A DNA stretch of 63,675 bases, filler included, from Kipferlia bialata (GCA_003568945.1; 3 parts of 3 records of this genome joined end to end with filler, not necessarily neighbours in it); one strand, 5' to 3'. Counted from the first letter of the whole stretch, positions 12,401 through 27,425 are shown. Notes: generated from the sequence alone by a model not told the origin. Translations and numbers: made by a program.

Positions 12401-15400
12401 ACCCCATACAAAGGGTCTAGCAGCACTAGAGTGTCAGGTATCAGGGCACTGCAGAGACACGCCTTGGCACATGCATAGACAGCAGTGTCCACAGGGGGGA
12501 GGAGGTCTAGATACAGCCACAGGAAGGTGCGGATGGGGTGGGGCACCAAGTGGTGGTAGGGGCTAGACAACACAGCTGCCAGGTATGCATTGAGGGAGAG
12601 AGAGGGGTCTGATGGGTCAAAGCCACCCACACTCACTGTGGACTCTACCACCTTGGACAACACGGGGTGGTCACGTCTGGGGTTAAATGGGTAGGAAGAC
12701 TCTTGGACTACTATATTCATACCTAGAGAATGCCGTCTCTGCAAACAGCAGTAGCGCACTGAGATGGGCACCGGCAGAGACCAAGGGGGAGGGGTCAGCA
12801 GAGGCAGAGGCAGATGGAGGGGTACATAGCTGGGGTAAATGGGTGGACAATAGGAGGGAATGGTATCGTACACATCGGATATAATGATACACGATGCATC
12901 AACTACCTGGAGCCCTGCACTGATCTCTGCTATCTTTGTGAGCAGAGCTGTGCTTGCAGTCCTCTCAGGGCCCTCCTGTCTCTTGTTGTGGGAGGCCCAT
13001 ACGGCCTTCTCAAAGGACGCAAGACCCTTCTGTACATGGGTCAGTTCGGAGTACTCGTGCTGGGAGCCCTAGGGAGTCAGATAGTAATGGGGAAACGTAT
13101 ATGATAGTGCCTAATTGTGGAGATACCCACCTTGTCCTTAAGTCTGGCATATGCCATGCTGCTGGACACAAACTGGCTGAAGAGGGTTGAGAAGTCAGGT
13201 CGGGCTGCCGTGACAGCATCTATGACAGAGGCCACTACGGCAAGGGTGGGCCTAGGGGTGAGGTGGACGGTAGAATCAATATCAGTATCATTAGGGAATC
13301 CGTACCTGACCATCTCCGGCTTGACCCCGCCTGTCCCGTACTTGGAGTCCAGGAACCTAGCTGTAGAGGGTACGTTGGAGAGCAGGGGACTCAGGGGAGA
13401 AGGAGACGCCCCGACCATGTTACCAGCCATGTGCATATCACTGACAGTGGTGGCTGTGCTACACACAACAAGGTGCTGGGGGTGAGAGAGGTATGAGATT
13501 AAGAGTCACTCAAATAACTATAGCGTAGCTGTTGCCCCCCACCTGACTGAGCTTCATGACCAGGACTGACACATCTGGCTGGGGCAGAGAGTACTTCTCA
13601 CCCAGCACCATAAGCACCTGATGTCAGACTCACCTATAGTACTATGAAGAGTGGCTAATGTATCATTACACCCTACTATGCAGAGTGGCTATTACATCTG
13701 TCCACCCACCTGTCCCATGGATGCATTGCTGAACACAGGAGGCATGTATCCGTTGTGGAATGCAATGGCGGAGAGGCGGAGGATCTCTGACTTCTGGAGC
13801 AACTCCTCTGGAGGTTAGGGAGAGTATGGTACTTATCGTATAGGAGTCTAGCGAGTGTTGTCACCTGGTATCCTGAGCAGCACCCTGGAGAACAGGGTCT
13901 GCTCTGGGACGTACTTGGTCTGGAGCTGACACTTCACATCGCCACCTGGGAACACCTGACAATGAGTGCGGTTTAGAATATGGTGAGGCCTCCATCAATG
14001 ATGCTAAATCCCCAGTGATGACCTGTACACCCACCTTGTATGGAGTTACACAGCTCGCCAAGGTTTCTCCGGATACGCTAGTGGAGTCAAGAAGGGGGAG
14101 GGCAAGGCTTGCTGGGAGGCCTGTGTAAGAGAGATCAACATGAGATATCGTGTAGAAACATGTATAACATACATGCCCATCCCACCTGCTGCTATAACTA
14201 TTGCTAGTCTGATGAATGCTGCTATCTGCTCCTCCTTGTCCCTGATACCCATCACACTCCAGATGGTGTGCTGGAGGGGGGACTCATGAGACTCGGTGGT
14301 GCATGGGGTGAGGGGGATGAGACTCATACAAATATAATCATATATGGTGGTGTGTCATTGGGTCATATGTGGCTGCCCAATACCTAGACCCTCACTGAGT
14401 ACACTCATGTCCAGCAGCAGCCTGGGGAGATATCTCTCGTAGCTATCCCCAAAGAAGGAGGCCTGAGGGTAAATACGCTTATATATATATATACATATAT
14501 ATATGAATACACTCAACAGCAGGTGTGCAGGGAATGGTGCGCGTAGTATGTTGGAGGTCACTTCAACACTCGAAGATGCTGTAAAGAAGCCTTCTTTACC
14601 TGCCGATCATTGGCCATGCTGGTAGTGGTGTACATTGTGTGTGCCATACTGCCATGGACACTTCCATTCCCATACCGACTGCCACTCTCCTTAGAGACAC
14701 CGGACTAGGGTGAGTCGGCGGTGGTGGTTGCATGTAGAGAGGGTATAAGGATGATGGATTGACTATGTATCACCCCCCACCTGGAAGCTCCTTGTCGACC
14801 CAGTCTCCCAGTCTCTCTGGTGGTCACCCTTGTCGGCGTCTCTCCCTGTGGTGCCTCCTTGTGTCTGCACCAGGGCCTGTGTCCTTAGGGCCTGACTGCG
14901 CATACCCCTGGCCTTCTTCTTATACCCTACAGGATTAGACATCATGCTTATGCATTGCTATAGTTTCGGATATATATAGACATATGCACTATACGACCAT
15001 ACCTGACGATGCAATCTGGGCCAGGTCCACTGAGTAGTTGAGTGCCTTCCAGAGCACCTGGGAGGCCTGGGCTAGATCCTCACTGGCAGTGAGAGAGTGT
15101 TATAGAGACATAGGTGTAGAGTGGCATTGAGACAATAGACATGCCCCCACCTGTCATGCGATGGCAGTATCAGACTGAGGCATGGTACCCTCAGCTGTGA
15201 CAAGGTGTCCCTGTCACACGATATGCCAGCATCCTCGGCTGACTCAGCCACCGTGTTGTTGACAGCCAGCCAGCACTCAATCTCCACCGCTGACTGCAGC
15301 ACCGTAGGTACAACCACAGGGTGCACCACAGATAGACCCTTGAGCACCCCTGGCATGTCGTACTTGGATGGCAGTAGGGGACCAAAGCACTCAGATACAA

Positions 15401-18400
15401 AGAAGAATGTCTTTGGCGGGGGTGCCCCTGTCCCACTCTGGAGACCTGACAGGATGTCAGACCATGACCGGTGGTTGGTGGGGGCAGCGGATAGGAGGGT
15501 CTGGGAGAGGGGGGAGGGCGAGAACCGAGGAGCATCCATATCCTCACACAGCTCTGATAGGATGGACAGTACCTCCTCCAGCTGCTCAGACTCACAGGGG
15601 CGGCACATGGACTGGGGTGGGTGGGGCATGCACATACACTATACACTATACACACTACACGTACCTTAGTGAGTGCCACTACCAGCAGCGCAGGAGTCAG
15701 GTAGTAGAGAGAGGGGTCTGATCTGGTGGCCAGCATGCCCATCTTCCTAGGGGGTGAGGGTATCCATGTGTAGGTGTAAATATGAAGCACTACCCACCTC
15801 ACTGTCCCCAGCAGGGTCAGGGGGGACATGTCCACCACCTCACATATCCTAGAGACAGCCTCGGGGAGGGACACGGCGAGGGTGTCAGGAATACCCTCAG
15901 CTGGGGGTGAGGGAAGGATATTGTATAGGCAGAGTATAGTAATAACACCCATACCTACTGGGCATGCCCCTGTGATCAGTATAAGTATCTGTAGAGTATG
16001 AGACTACTACCACCACCCACCTACTGGGCATGCCCCTGTGAGTGCTGTCACCAGTTGATGGTCCACCAACAGGTCAGCCTCCATCACAAAGGCCAGGGGT
16101 TTGACGTCATAGAAGTCAGCAGAGAGGTGGGACTCCAGGAAGAGGGTCATGGAGTGCAGGGTGCCTAGGGGGTCAGTAACATGGGGCATGTGTATACACA
16201 TATGATTACACTATGCCCCTTACCATACTGTGCCTCTACGCAGAAGTGGTCGTCCTGCTCGATCTGTCTGGCGTGTGTGTTGGGGTGCAGCAGGATCTGC
16301 GAGATATCGAGTTCCCTCTGCACTGCCGACACAGAGGCAGTCCTGGAGGGGTGAGAGAGTGGACAGACGGAGTGCCATACACTCTACAGTTACACTACCA
16401 CACCTTGACACAATACTCTGGAACAGGTCGCACTCTGTGACGTCAGTCCCTTCCTCTGCCTCATAGTCCACACACACAGCCAGACAATGGGAGAACAGGG
16501 GGACCAGGCCGGGCTGGTCGGTGGGGGTGATGGCCACGTTCATACTGAGGCCTGTAATAAGACTAGAGGGGGGCTGTACAATACATGTAGTATTAGAATA
16601 GGAACACCACCTGTTGGGAACCCAGTATCCCTCTTCGACACCACCTCACTGACTGTGCCCACACACGATGGCAGAAGGAACCTAGCACACGACGCCACCC
16701 AGGTCTTGCCCACAGCCATGCTGGAGTTGAGCACACAGTGCACCCCAAAGGTGAGACAGGCAGCGATGGAGTGGGCAAAGGCCCTGTTGGCATCTGTCAG
16801 ACAGGGGGGCAGAGACCACCGGGGGTGGGTCTGCAGATGGTCCTCAACCTCAATGGGATCGCGTAGCTGGGTGACCTCGAACTCTCTGAACTCGGGGTTG
16901 AACCTGAGGGTCAGAGGTATTTTGGAGAACACACATGAGAATACCGACCATACTTATGGCACAGTGCCCAGATTATTCAGAATACAACTGCAATCTACAC
17001 TAACCTGAGTGCCTGGAAGGGACCCAGGGTATCAGCATCAGGGAACGCTGCCTCCAAAACCTGACGGGTAAGGGTAGCATAGATATTGTATACAGGAACA
17101 CAACAGCACCTGACGGTCACTGTACATGTGAATGAATCTACAATATTGGCACCTTAGTGGTGATGACTGCAAACTCAGTGTGCACTGACTGCAGGGATGC
17201 CAGGGCCCCAGGTCTAGAGGTTATACCCACCATAGTCTGATAGATGACAGGAGAGAACTCGTTCTGCATCGAGGCCTGGGGAGTGAGGATGGATGTCAGT
17301 GTTGTACAAGGAATACGATAGTACATATTTGTGAATCCACTCACCATGATTGAGAATGCCGAGTAGACCACAGCAAATGCTGTGAGGAACAGCGTCCCTA
17401 GGTTACCCACTGTGCTACTCTCCCCCAGTGCCCTTATACCCTCTGCATTGGGCACCACCCGGATGGCACTGCCTACATTGGGCAGGGAGTAGATTCCCTC
17501 CTCGCCAGTCAGCACATCAAGGCTGGGGGTCAGGGGTAGTATACATATACATAGACATATCTATATGACTGCACCTGATCCTGCCTCCGTCGAAAGTGGG
17601 TTGTGCTGAGACTGGCTCCAGTGTAACCAGCCCATCCTCTGCCAACAGCCACAGAACTAGTGCATGGAGGAAGGAACCCTCACTATCCTGTGGTGGGTGT
17701 GCACCTGACTAGATGTCTCATGCATACACAACATACTATACATTAACCCACCATGAGTGTGCTGTCCAGCCCCTTGAGCACAATCTCACAGAACCTGGCC
17801 AGCATTCCAAAGAAGAAGCAGGGTCTGTCCTAGGTTGTTAGAGGGGTTAGAGAGGAACTTACTTGTAGACAATGCAGATATATATACATATATATATTGC
17901 AACCCCGGTGTCGTAGCGTACCTGACTGGTTGTGTCTGGCTTGACCCCCGTGCTGTGTCTGAGCATATCCATACAGGCCAGGGAAGGGTCTAGCATGGAC
18001 TCACCCATCAGGCACGTCTAGCATTAGAAAATGTATATGTAATTCGATGTACATATAGACTGGTACTGATGAGAATTCTGATCTCGTCAGGTAATTCTGG
18101 GGTGAGGGGTGAAGATAACACTATATATTTGTGAAAGGATGTCCGTTTGTAGATATGATTCACGTACCGGCACATGGAACATGGAGTGGTGCGGCAGGGA
18201 TGGGAAGATGAATACCATCCTTGGCAGACAGTCCGGCACAATGACATTACGGAGCATGTCCATCATCCTGCCAACCTCTGCGCCTGGGTGAGTAAGGTGA
18301 ACATAGAGAGACAGAGTGCCACAGATATTCAAGATAGTGGATACTAAAGTCACACACCAGTGGGGTCAAATGCCATGTCCACGCATATCCACGTCTTGGC

Positions 18401-21400
18401 TGGGTCTGTGTCTGTGTCTCTACCGTGTCTCACTAGGTACTCCCTCAGCTTGGCGTAGTGCGGTATGTGCAGGACAGATGCGCCACAGGCACGGGCAGAG
18501 TGTCTGACTAGATGCACGGCTGACACAGGTACCCGTGTCTGGACACACACCCTACTGGCAATGCCGCCCTGCAGCACTGAGGATATCCACCTGCTGGCAT
18601 ACACACCCTCCCCTGTCAGCAGCCCCTCCCCCTCCCCATAGCTAGGGGGGTCGAAGGGCTCTACATTGAAGGAAGCAGCCACTGCCAGTCTCAGTCCCTC
18701 TCTGTCAGGTCTCTTGAACGACATCGACAGGTACTTGTACACGGATAGACATGGGGTGTCGTCTGATGTGAGATGGTGTAGCCCGGTGATGGTAGATACA
18801 CACACACAGTACCTGTCCCCTCGGTAAGAGACACTGCTGTGGCCAGGTGCCTAGGCTCCAGGAACAACTTGGGGTGTGCGTAGCTGAAGGTGGTCCGCAG
18901 ACTCAGGCATGGACGCCCTGCAGACCTGGGTACATACCTGAGGTGAGGTATTGAACGACGTTTGTCAACAGGGGACCAGTGACTCTCTGTATGGCGCTGA
19001 TAGGCAATGAATAGACAATCACCCACCTCAGACGCTCTGCGGCAGGTCTGACATCGGCATAGCGTATGGGGCTGTCTGGGAGCCTTCTGCTGATACGGAA
19101 GGGCCCTGGCTCAAGGTTAGGCAGGAAGAGAACAAGGGTGCCTATGGAGTGCTCACTCCTAAGGGGTGAGAGGTGGAATAGACATGCCACTGGGTAGATG
19201 ATCGTAAGAGAAGGCATAATGAATGCTATCCAGGACGTACAGGTGTGGCAGCTCCTTGCCCATGGGTCTCCTTATCAGCGCCAGGTCCGTGTCTGTCTGG
19301 CTGAGGAAGGGGGTCTTCTCACTCGATGCGTAGGGGAACTCCTGGTGTGAGTGTTGTGTAAATGTATATAGTTGCCAATGGGCAGAGTAGGTACGTACCC
19401 CTCCGGTGTGCAGTGTCTTGGCTAGTACACTGACTATGTTCACCATCTCAGGAGGTGCGTTCTCCATACCGGTGAGTATGACCAGGTGGCCATCGATCAG
19501 CAGGTTGCTGGAGTGAGGCATCTGTGGCAGATATCTATATCGGTCACTAAGGTATATATTGTGGATACCTGACGTTGTGAGCCAGTAGCTCTGGGGTTCT
19601 GTATCTGTTGACACTCTCTATCATGGGTATCTGACCAATGATTCTGGCAATGGGTAGTAGGCTCGGTAACAACACCTCCACCCCATCTCCCCAGTTGCTA
19701 CACAGACCTAGTATGAGGAAGAGATGGAATACACGTGACATATATACATGCACTCCCTACCTAGCGTGACCCCCCTAGCGAGTAGGGCAGCCATTGTAGG
19801 TGGTGCATAGTCCTCACACACAGAGAAGTCAAGGGAGCCATGGCACTCATCGGGTACCTCGGCCTCAGTGGCAGTGCCTGAGGGTTAAGAAGGTCATGTT
19901 ATTATGTTTGTGACAGTTGGGCTATATATAGACCATCTCTCCCCACCTAGCCAGTCGTATGAGCATGTCTTGATGTGGGCACCCAGGGATGAGAGACACA
20001 GTCTGTTCTTGTCCTCAAAGTACCTGGGGGTGGGTGGCAATGACTACATACTAAGGTGGAGGTTATGGATAGTATGATCACCCCTACTCAGACAGAGGGG
20101 AAGTATCTGGTATCTACATCTACCCAAAAGGGTAACACGTACCAGTTAGCCACACACAATGCCGACAGCACTGGCAGGTGCATGTTCGCGTCATCGTCTG
20201 CGTCAACAGGCATCAGTTGTGACATGTTGTACTCGGTTCTGGCCTGCAGGGACTGACACAGAACAAGCCGGGGATGGCTCTCGGGGGCACGAACCTTTGG
20301 GTGAGAAGTCTTGTATGTATTCTCTGTGTAAACACTATCCCTCTCCCACCTGTGCGAGTATCTTCCTGGCTGTTGTCTTCATTGCCTCATCTGGGGCCAC
20401 GGATATGGTGGCCCGGCGCATCTCCTCATGCATCCAGAAGTTGAGGGCTGGGGTGAGTCGACGTACTATTTCACTCGTGGCACTTAATTGCTCATAAGTA
20501 TAGTACCATCTTGAGAGTTGACACAATTGGCACCATTACATACCGATGAACTGGGAGTGGTAGGGCATGTCACGGAATGAATCCATGTCCCCAGCATACA
20601 GCAGGGACACAGCTCTCTTGATATTAGACCTGACTGCGTGTCTGACGGGACTGCGCAGACTGTCAACCAACAGACCCCTGATGGGGGGCATAGGGACAGG
20701 GTTGTTCAGACGCAGGACCTGGGGGTGAGAAGGAAAAATGCGGAACATTCACACTGGGTGTCCTCCTTTCACACTCATGTAACCTATACCTCTGTCCTCC
20801 AGTTGTTACTGGCCAGACCTGACACCATGGCGGTGATCTCCCAGTCGACGTGTCTGGAGGTCAGTAAGGAGTATGTAGTAGATTGACACCCATACTGCAT
20901 GGACCCACCTTGCCCCGTGCTCTATCTCTGGGTCAGTCTCCCCCTCAGTCTGTGCCACTCTGGCCCTTGCCTTGGATGTCAACTGTACCAGCATGCCATC
21001 GATGTTGTACATCAGACCTGGGGGTTCAGACATCCGGAGGTAGAGATAGAGCACATGAACAGTATGAGATATATAATCAGGGTGTGTGAGTGTCCATATG
21101 CAACGCACCCTGAGCACTGACGTATAACTCCTGTGGCCTTGTCTGCCCATGCAGAGCAGACTGGCTGACTGGGTCCACTACCATAGGGTCTGTGAAGAGT
21201 AGCTGGCTGATCTGCTCAGGCACACACTGGATGTTCCTGATACGGCCACCCTGGGAGTGAGAGGAATGCTATGGGATGAGAGACTACAACGGATATAGTA
21301 CACACACCGCACCTTGCGTTGGGTGAGGGTGTGTGTCATGGAGTGGCCACGCAGATATCGCACCACGGGTACAACCGCTGGGGTGAGAACGACAAGGGGC

Positions 21401-24400
21401 ATTTCAACATCACCGTAACTCTGACCCACTATGAAGGCAGCTACTACGCGGTTACCTAGCAATATGCCCTGTAGGGTCTCTGTCAGCTCTGAATCTGTCA
21501 GTACTGTCAGCAGTCTCACTCTGGCACGGGCAGCTAGGGACTTGCGGATCTGATAGTGAGATGCGATCAGGAAAGAGGAACCCATATATTAGGTAGGATA
21601 GGGTATGTTAGTACTCACCTGGTACCACCGTCTCTTGGCATTCATGTAGACAGGTCCATGCTCACTCTCGTCAGACATGAGGTGGCTGCCCAGCATCAGA
21701 TACTGCTGGCAGTACCTGAACGTGAGGCTGTGGTATATAATACAACGACGTCTGTGTACTACATTGAGAGAGATCCAAAACCGTCCAACCACTATCAGTT
21801 GACATGACACCCACCTAACCATGCTGCCTGAGTGTATGACCGATAGGGTCGTGGCCTCCAGCTTCCTCGCACGAAGGGTTATCTCCTAGGATTAGACCAC
21901 AATTTGAATGCAATTCTATCGGCAACATACGTAGTAGAGTACCTGTGCATAGTGAGACCCGACGTCCCTCTGTACATAGAGTACGGCAGCTCTGAGGGTG
22001 TGGAAGAAGTGGTCAGGCAGGTCAAAGCCTCCAACTAGGTCAGGCCTGGTATCCAACTGGACAGACCAGGAGTCGAGGGTCTGGGGGTAGAGAGAGAGCC
22101 AGAGATCGATTGATTGAATGTATACCACCACTGATACCCAGTAAAAGAATATAGCACACCCCCACCTTCTGTATGCTGTCCAAGTTGTCCTCGACTGCCC
22201 TCTCCTCGTCTGCCATTGAGACCACATCTGCTATATCGTGCAGCATGTTCAAGGCACCACTCTCAATGTAGACAGGGATGCTCAGTCTGTCCATCTGGAG
22301 GACAGGGAGACCTGGGAGTGAGGCATATATATATACAGGTAAGTATGTAAGTATGTATCGTGTATATCCAAGTCCACCACCCCCACCTGTTCTGCTCTCT
22401 AGCACATCTAGGTGTCTAGTCTGCATGGTGTCAGCAGTGAGCAGCCTGACCAGGTTGACTGTGGGGGACAGGGTGTCAATCAGGCCCTCCAGGATGCTCT
22501 TGAAGGTGTAGTTGGGAGAGACCTCATCCTTGCCCCTACCACCTAGGGTACGTCTCTTGCTGGATGCACCGAACGATGTCTCCAACTGTAGTGTACATGC
22601 CTGCATATCCTCCAACAGTGCACTGAGGGTTGAGTGGTCCAGCGTATCGACAGGGGCCTCTCTCAGCAGGTCCAGGGTATCTGTGGCTCGGCACATTAGC
22701 ATATTGACCCTGAAGGTGAGACAGGTCACAAGTACTCGGTATCGCGTACCACAAATATGTAATATTGGATGCAATACGAAAGAAGAGCAAGTAAAACCAC
22801 AATGCATTAGACACTTCCCACCTGTACACCAGCCTAGGGTCCCCTGGCAGCTCCGACAGAGATGGCTTGACTGCCGCCTTATCACTCTGCCCCAGGCCCC
22901 ACTCATCTGCCCAGTCCCGGATGAGGGACATGCCCTTAGCAGACCTAGGGTGAGGGGTGTAGGGGCAAACATGGAGAGAGATGAAAGAGATGAAGAGACA
23001 GTCAGTCTGCCCTCACCTATCCAGCAGGTCGATGATCTCACACAGCACCTCTCTCACCACCACGTGTCTCCTGCTGGCGGGTCTGGTGTATGGTGTGAAG
23101 GGTGTATGCCTCTCTTCCACACTCACCCTGTCAAGCAGAGAGGACAGTGCCGTGGGCCCAGACACAGGCTGTACCAGCTGGGGCAGCACAGTCAACCCGG
23201 TATGTGCCTGGAATGCCATGAGTAGACCCCCACACATCAAGAGGTCAGTGACAAGGGAGGGAGGGACATCCCCCATCTCGTGTGCCCTGTCCATATCACT
23301 AGTGACACCCATCAGAACACCGGATACTATGTCATCCCTGGGGTGAGGCAGGGTGTGTATATAGGGATATTGTCACAGTGAGAATGGATACATACACGCA
23401 CTCTGGGAATGGGAACGGGGTGTAGAGGAATGCGAGGGGGGACCTATCCGTGACCCCTCTCTCTGCCTCCTCCTCCAGCTGTGCCTCTGTGCCTGACCCC
23501 AGCCTAGTCACCCCATCACACACAGCATGGAGGGTGGCAGTCACACACCCCATCCACCTGGCCAGCACACCCAGCTGGGCCCTCTGTCTCTGGAGGGTCG
23601 AGGCGTTGCTAGACTTGACGGTCTGGGGTGAGGGCAGGGTATGTACAAGAGAACTTAATGATACCGACAATACCACTATCAATTATAAGGAGTGTTAACC
23701 GTACCGCAAGTGTCTCTGGGAGCCCATGTACAAACTTTGCCAGACGTGTGAGTGTGAGGTGTGTGTCATGGGGTATGTCTGCCCCATGGGTCAGGAGGGC
23801 ACTGCAGTATGCCTCCACCTCAGATAGACACCCCAGCCACAGGGGGAGGGCGGCAGTGGTACTCTGGGGGTTGGAGTGGTCAGGTAAATGTATAAGCTGA
23901 ATGAGTATCGCGTAACAATTACCTCCACTAGTGCTGCCAGTACCACCTGGTCTGCAGGTAGGGGGCATGGAGCAGTAAGTGCACCCTGGAGTGCCCTGGC
24001 TGTCTGAAGCGTGACCTCAGAGACAGCCTCGAGGACAGAAACGTGTCGTGACAATAGTGTATGTCTGCCTGTCACAAGGTGGGTGCGAAGGGCATCCCTG
24101 GACTGTAAGTGTACAGAGTGCGACTAACACACTATTCCTTTTCAATGAATGTTCACTGTACCTGACTGACTCTAGGTGTGTGCATGCCCCACTGTAGTAT
24201 ACAGTGCTAGGGAAGCGACACAGGGACTCCTGGTAGGACTGACTGTCAGAGACTGGTGGAGACAAGAATGGATAGTACAGTCAATCACAATTGGAGGATG
24301 ATCATACCTCGAGTGCCCCCCACTCTTCCTCCAGGAGTGAGAGACTGACCACCCGCTGACCCTCCCCCCCTAGCACAGAGGGTGGGGCTGACACACCCTC

Positions 24401-26601
24401 AGCCTTGGGTGTGGGTGTCTGCACTGCTACCAGTATAGCATCGAAGGAGGCATGCCCAGTCAGGGTCTGTATACGCTCTGCACTTACACCCAGGTGCTGG
24501 CACAGCATACCCTCCACACACTGACGAAGGAAGGTGTAAACCTGGAGAGTGAGGGAAGATACACCAATTGAACTAACGAAATATGGTATATTACTATGAC
24601 TGACACATATGCACCCCCAACATACCTCCATCGCCCTCTTTGCCCTGAGGTAGTTAGTGTACCCCAATGGACACCTCTCTGCCTCTACCACCACAGACAC
24701 TAGGTCAGCATAGGGATCCAGGGTGTCTAGCACGGTTTCTTTGGTGTGTGGCCATGCACTAAGGGGTGCCAGTAGGGTGTGGGCTCCGCAGGTCTTGTGC
24801 TGGAGGGTGAGACTGGCCACAGAGAGAGGTGCCACACACATAGGAATATATACACCTACCTTCAGTGCGAGTTCCTGCGTGTCGAGCCCTGTGACACTCC
24901 ACCCGCCACACTGTGTTACTGACATCACACCCTCTGCCAGGCACTCCCAGCCCTCGGGGTCCCTGGGAGAGACAGAAAGGGGCAGGGTGAACAGAGGGTC
25001 TGAGGGGTACACAGGGGGGATGCCCTCCCCTGCCATCTCAGAGGATGTGACACCCCCTACATGGCATGGCCAGAGGCGGTAGAGGGAGGGTGTGCCCTGG
25101 TCCTCTGAGCCAGATAGAGTCAGACAGGGGGGGAGGAGGTAGGCTGTGGTGAGACAACACGTGGATATGATTCAACCTCTTAGCAGCTACAGACACTTGT
25201 GCTATTAGGCTCACCTGAATCATCCACTCTCTTGAACACCTCTCTCCATGGCTGACTGAAGAGATCAACAGTCTCGCCAAGCATCCTGACGTGAGTGTTG
25301 GTTGCAATTATAATTACATCAGATGAGTACATAGATATAGAGACCTAAGTGGTGCACTGACCTCACAACCATACAGTCCAACATGCGGAGCAGTCTCTTG
25401 TTGCGGTCCCTGACTCTGCACATGACTCTGAGGGTGAGACAGAGTGTGTCAAGTATACAACATGTCACACTACACCCACCTCTTCTGTATCTGCCCCTCA
25501 TCCACGTCCAGTGTCTGTACTGTCCCAGCAGGTCTCTGGCCATTCCTCTGCACCATGGCTCTGGGGGGTAGAGGAGGGGGGCGTATATACATCGTGTAAG
25601 GACATCACACACACTGTACCTGAGCCTGTGTCTCTTTGTGCTCTGGATGGATGCATCCACCTGGGCAGAGATGGACTCAGACACAGTGCCAGAGTATATG
25701 GACACTATGGAGTCACGGACAAGGTCCTAGGGGTGAGGGAGTTACCACTAAAATAGACACCATACAGTATAGAAACACCCACCTTCAATAACTGTTCCAG
25801 TACCCCAGCAATGTCTGTGTTTCCGTCCAATGCATCTGTTATGTCACGCTCAGGCAGACCAGCGGTGATAGAGGCAGGCAGGGGAGTGCGTATGGCCTGG
25901 TCTGCCTCGCTCAGCTCATACCTGGCCACACCCACCACACCGTGCAGCTCCTGACAGTCAGCAAGAGAGAGAGAGTGGTAGACACAATGACAGTAACACT
26001 TCTAATCATACCTCTGGATTCATACACACTGCACTGGGTGTGCATAGACGTATCACCGCTGACACATCCTCCAGCAGTGATTGGAACTGACGGATCTGGG
26101 TACCACACTGGGGGTCCAGCAAGAACAACTGGGGGTCAGGGAGAATCAATAACTGCTATATATATTGTATATTGTGGGTATTAGAGACACAAATAGACTC
26201 GAAACATGAATACAAAGTTACCAGTGGTACTCTATACCTGGGAGTTGAGCCAGCTGGCTCTGCGACTAAACTCCTCCCCGCCTATTCTACACGACTGCTC
26301 AGCCTGGTCGGGATTCGAGAACAGGTGCTTGGTGCAGGGGACAGATCTGGATGTGTTGAGGGACTGGAGTGAGTGACAAGTTGTGAAGAGAGTATGTGAT
26401 GTATACAGGCATACCATTGGGACATAGAAGAATACATATGTAGTCTGCACCTGCTCAATGAATGCTGTCACGTCCTGGGGCAGGGTCTGCCCCATACCAA
26501 GCCCAGCAGCTTGTATCACTCTGTCTGTGACAGATGACACCCGGGACTCGGAAGCACAGGCAGAGGCAGGGTCTGGGGGAGGGGGAGGGGGGGGTAAAAA
26601 T

Positions 26602-26635
<34 letters not shown>

Positions 26636-27174
26636 TTGGAATGTAAATGGGTCGGTATACCTGCTGAGTCTCCCTGCTTGTCCTTTCTGTCTCTAGACGA
26701 GGATGTGTGCTGGAATGACCCACTGCTCATATACTCACCACTACCCCTAGTTGCAATCAGACCCGAACCACTTCCACTCCCACTGGCACTGTCAGAGTCC
26801 GACCCCTCTGCATAGAGGGTGTCTGCTAGGTCTAGCAGTGATGCACCTGACACCATCATCATGGTGGAGGCTGAGGCACGCTGCCTCTCCTTCCTGGCCC
26901 GCCTCTCTCTCTCCAGCACCGCCCTGCCGCTGTCACTCTCTCTCCTTATATCACTCCCTGTGTCCACAGTATCCAGAGCACACACACCCTCGAGGTCCAG
27001 GGTGGGCCGGGCCAGCATGGTGTCCTCATCCCACTGACAAAGGGCTAGGTGGGTGCGGGGTATGGAGTGGATGGCAGAGGCAGGGGGGGTGGGCATCAGG
27101 GAGGAGGGGACAGAGGGTGGGGGGGCAAGGACTCTCACTCGTACTAAGCCAGAGCACGTATCGTATCCAACAAC
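6458..27174 (-). CDS. Dynein heavy chain-like protein (axonemal inner-arm DNAH1 type), highly divergent, many introns, 5' end cut by contig end
   Basis: N-terminal VVGYD...IPRTHLALCQWDEDTMLAR resembles the DNAH1 tail motif. Linker/DHC_N2: LVRLLTADTMQTRHL (LRxRHW) and IADVVSMADEERAVEDNLDSIQK (AxKExxLExxL). KTCSYDWLG matches YGYEYLG. AAA3 P-loop remnant VLNSSMAVGKT at ~16700. C-terminal CEVPVF...LRSLIDKNFWGSVGARFEVVC* (CPVY...WxxRGVALLC) ends at TAG 6458-6460. All motifs are in dynein order. Confidence 0.8.
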
Positions 27175-27325
27175 CTGATAGTCAGGGAGAGTGAATGGGG
27201 GGGTTATGTAGGTATAGTCAACAGATAACACAGGCATGGAATGAGAAAGTGGATTGGATTGGATTGGATAGGGGTATACTTTATGGCTGGGGGGGGGGGG
27301 GGGGGGAGGAAAAAAAAGGGGTCCC

Positions 27326-27425
27326 NNNNNNNNNNNNNNNNNNNNNNNNNNNNNNNNNNNNNNNNNNNNTTAATTAATTAANNNNNNNNNNNNNNNNNNN
27401 NNNNNNNNNNNNNNNNNNNNNNNNN
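27326..27425. other. Artificial contig-joining spacer (N44-TTAATTAATTAA-N44)
   Basis: Six-frame stop linker at 27370-27381 embedded in N runs; an identical structure occurs at 54711-54810. Confidence 0.97.

Noticed and set aside
27370..27381. TTAATTAATTAA palindrome as a biological site
   Set aside because: It is an artificial six-frame stop linker; adjacency across it, and across 54755-54766, is meaningless.
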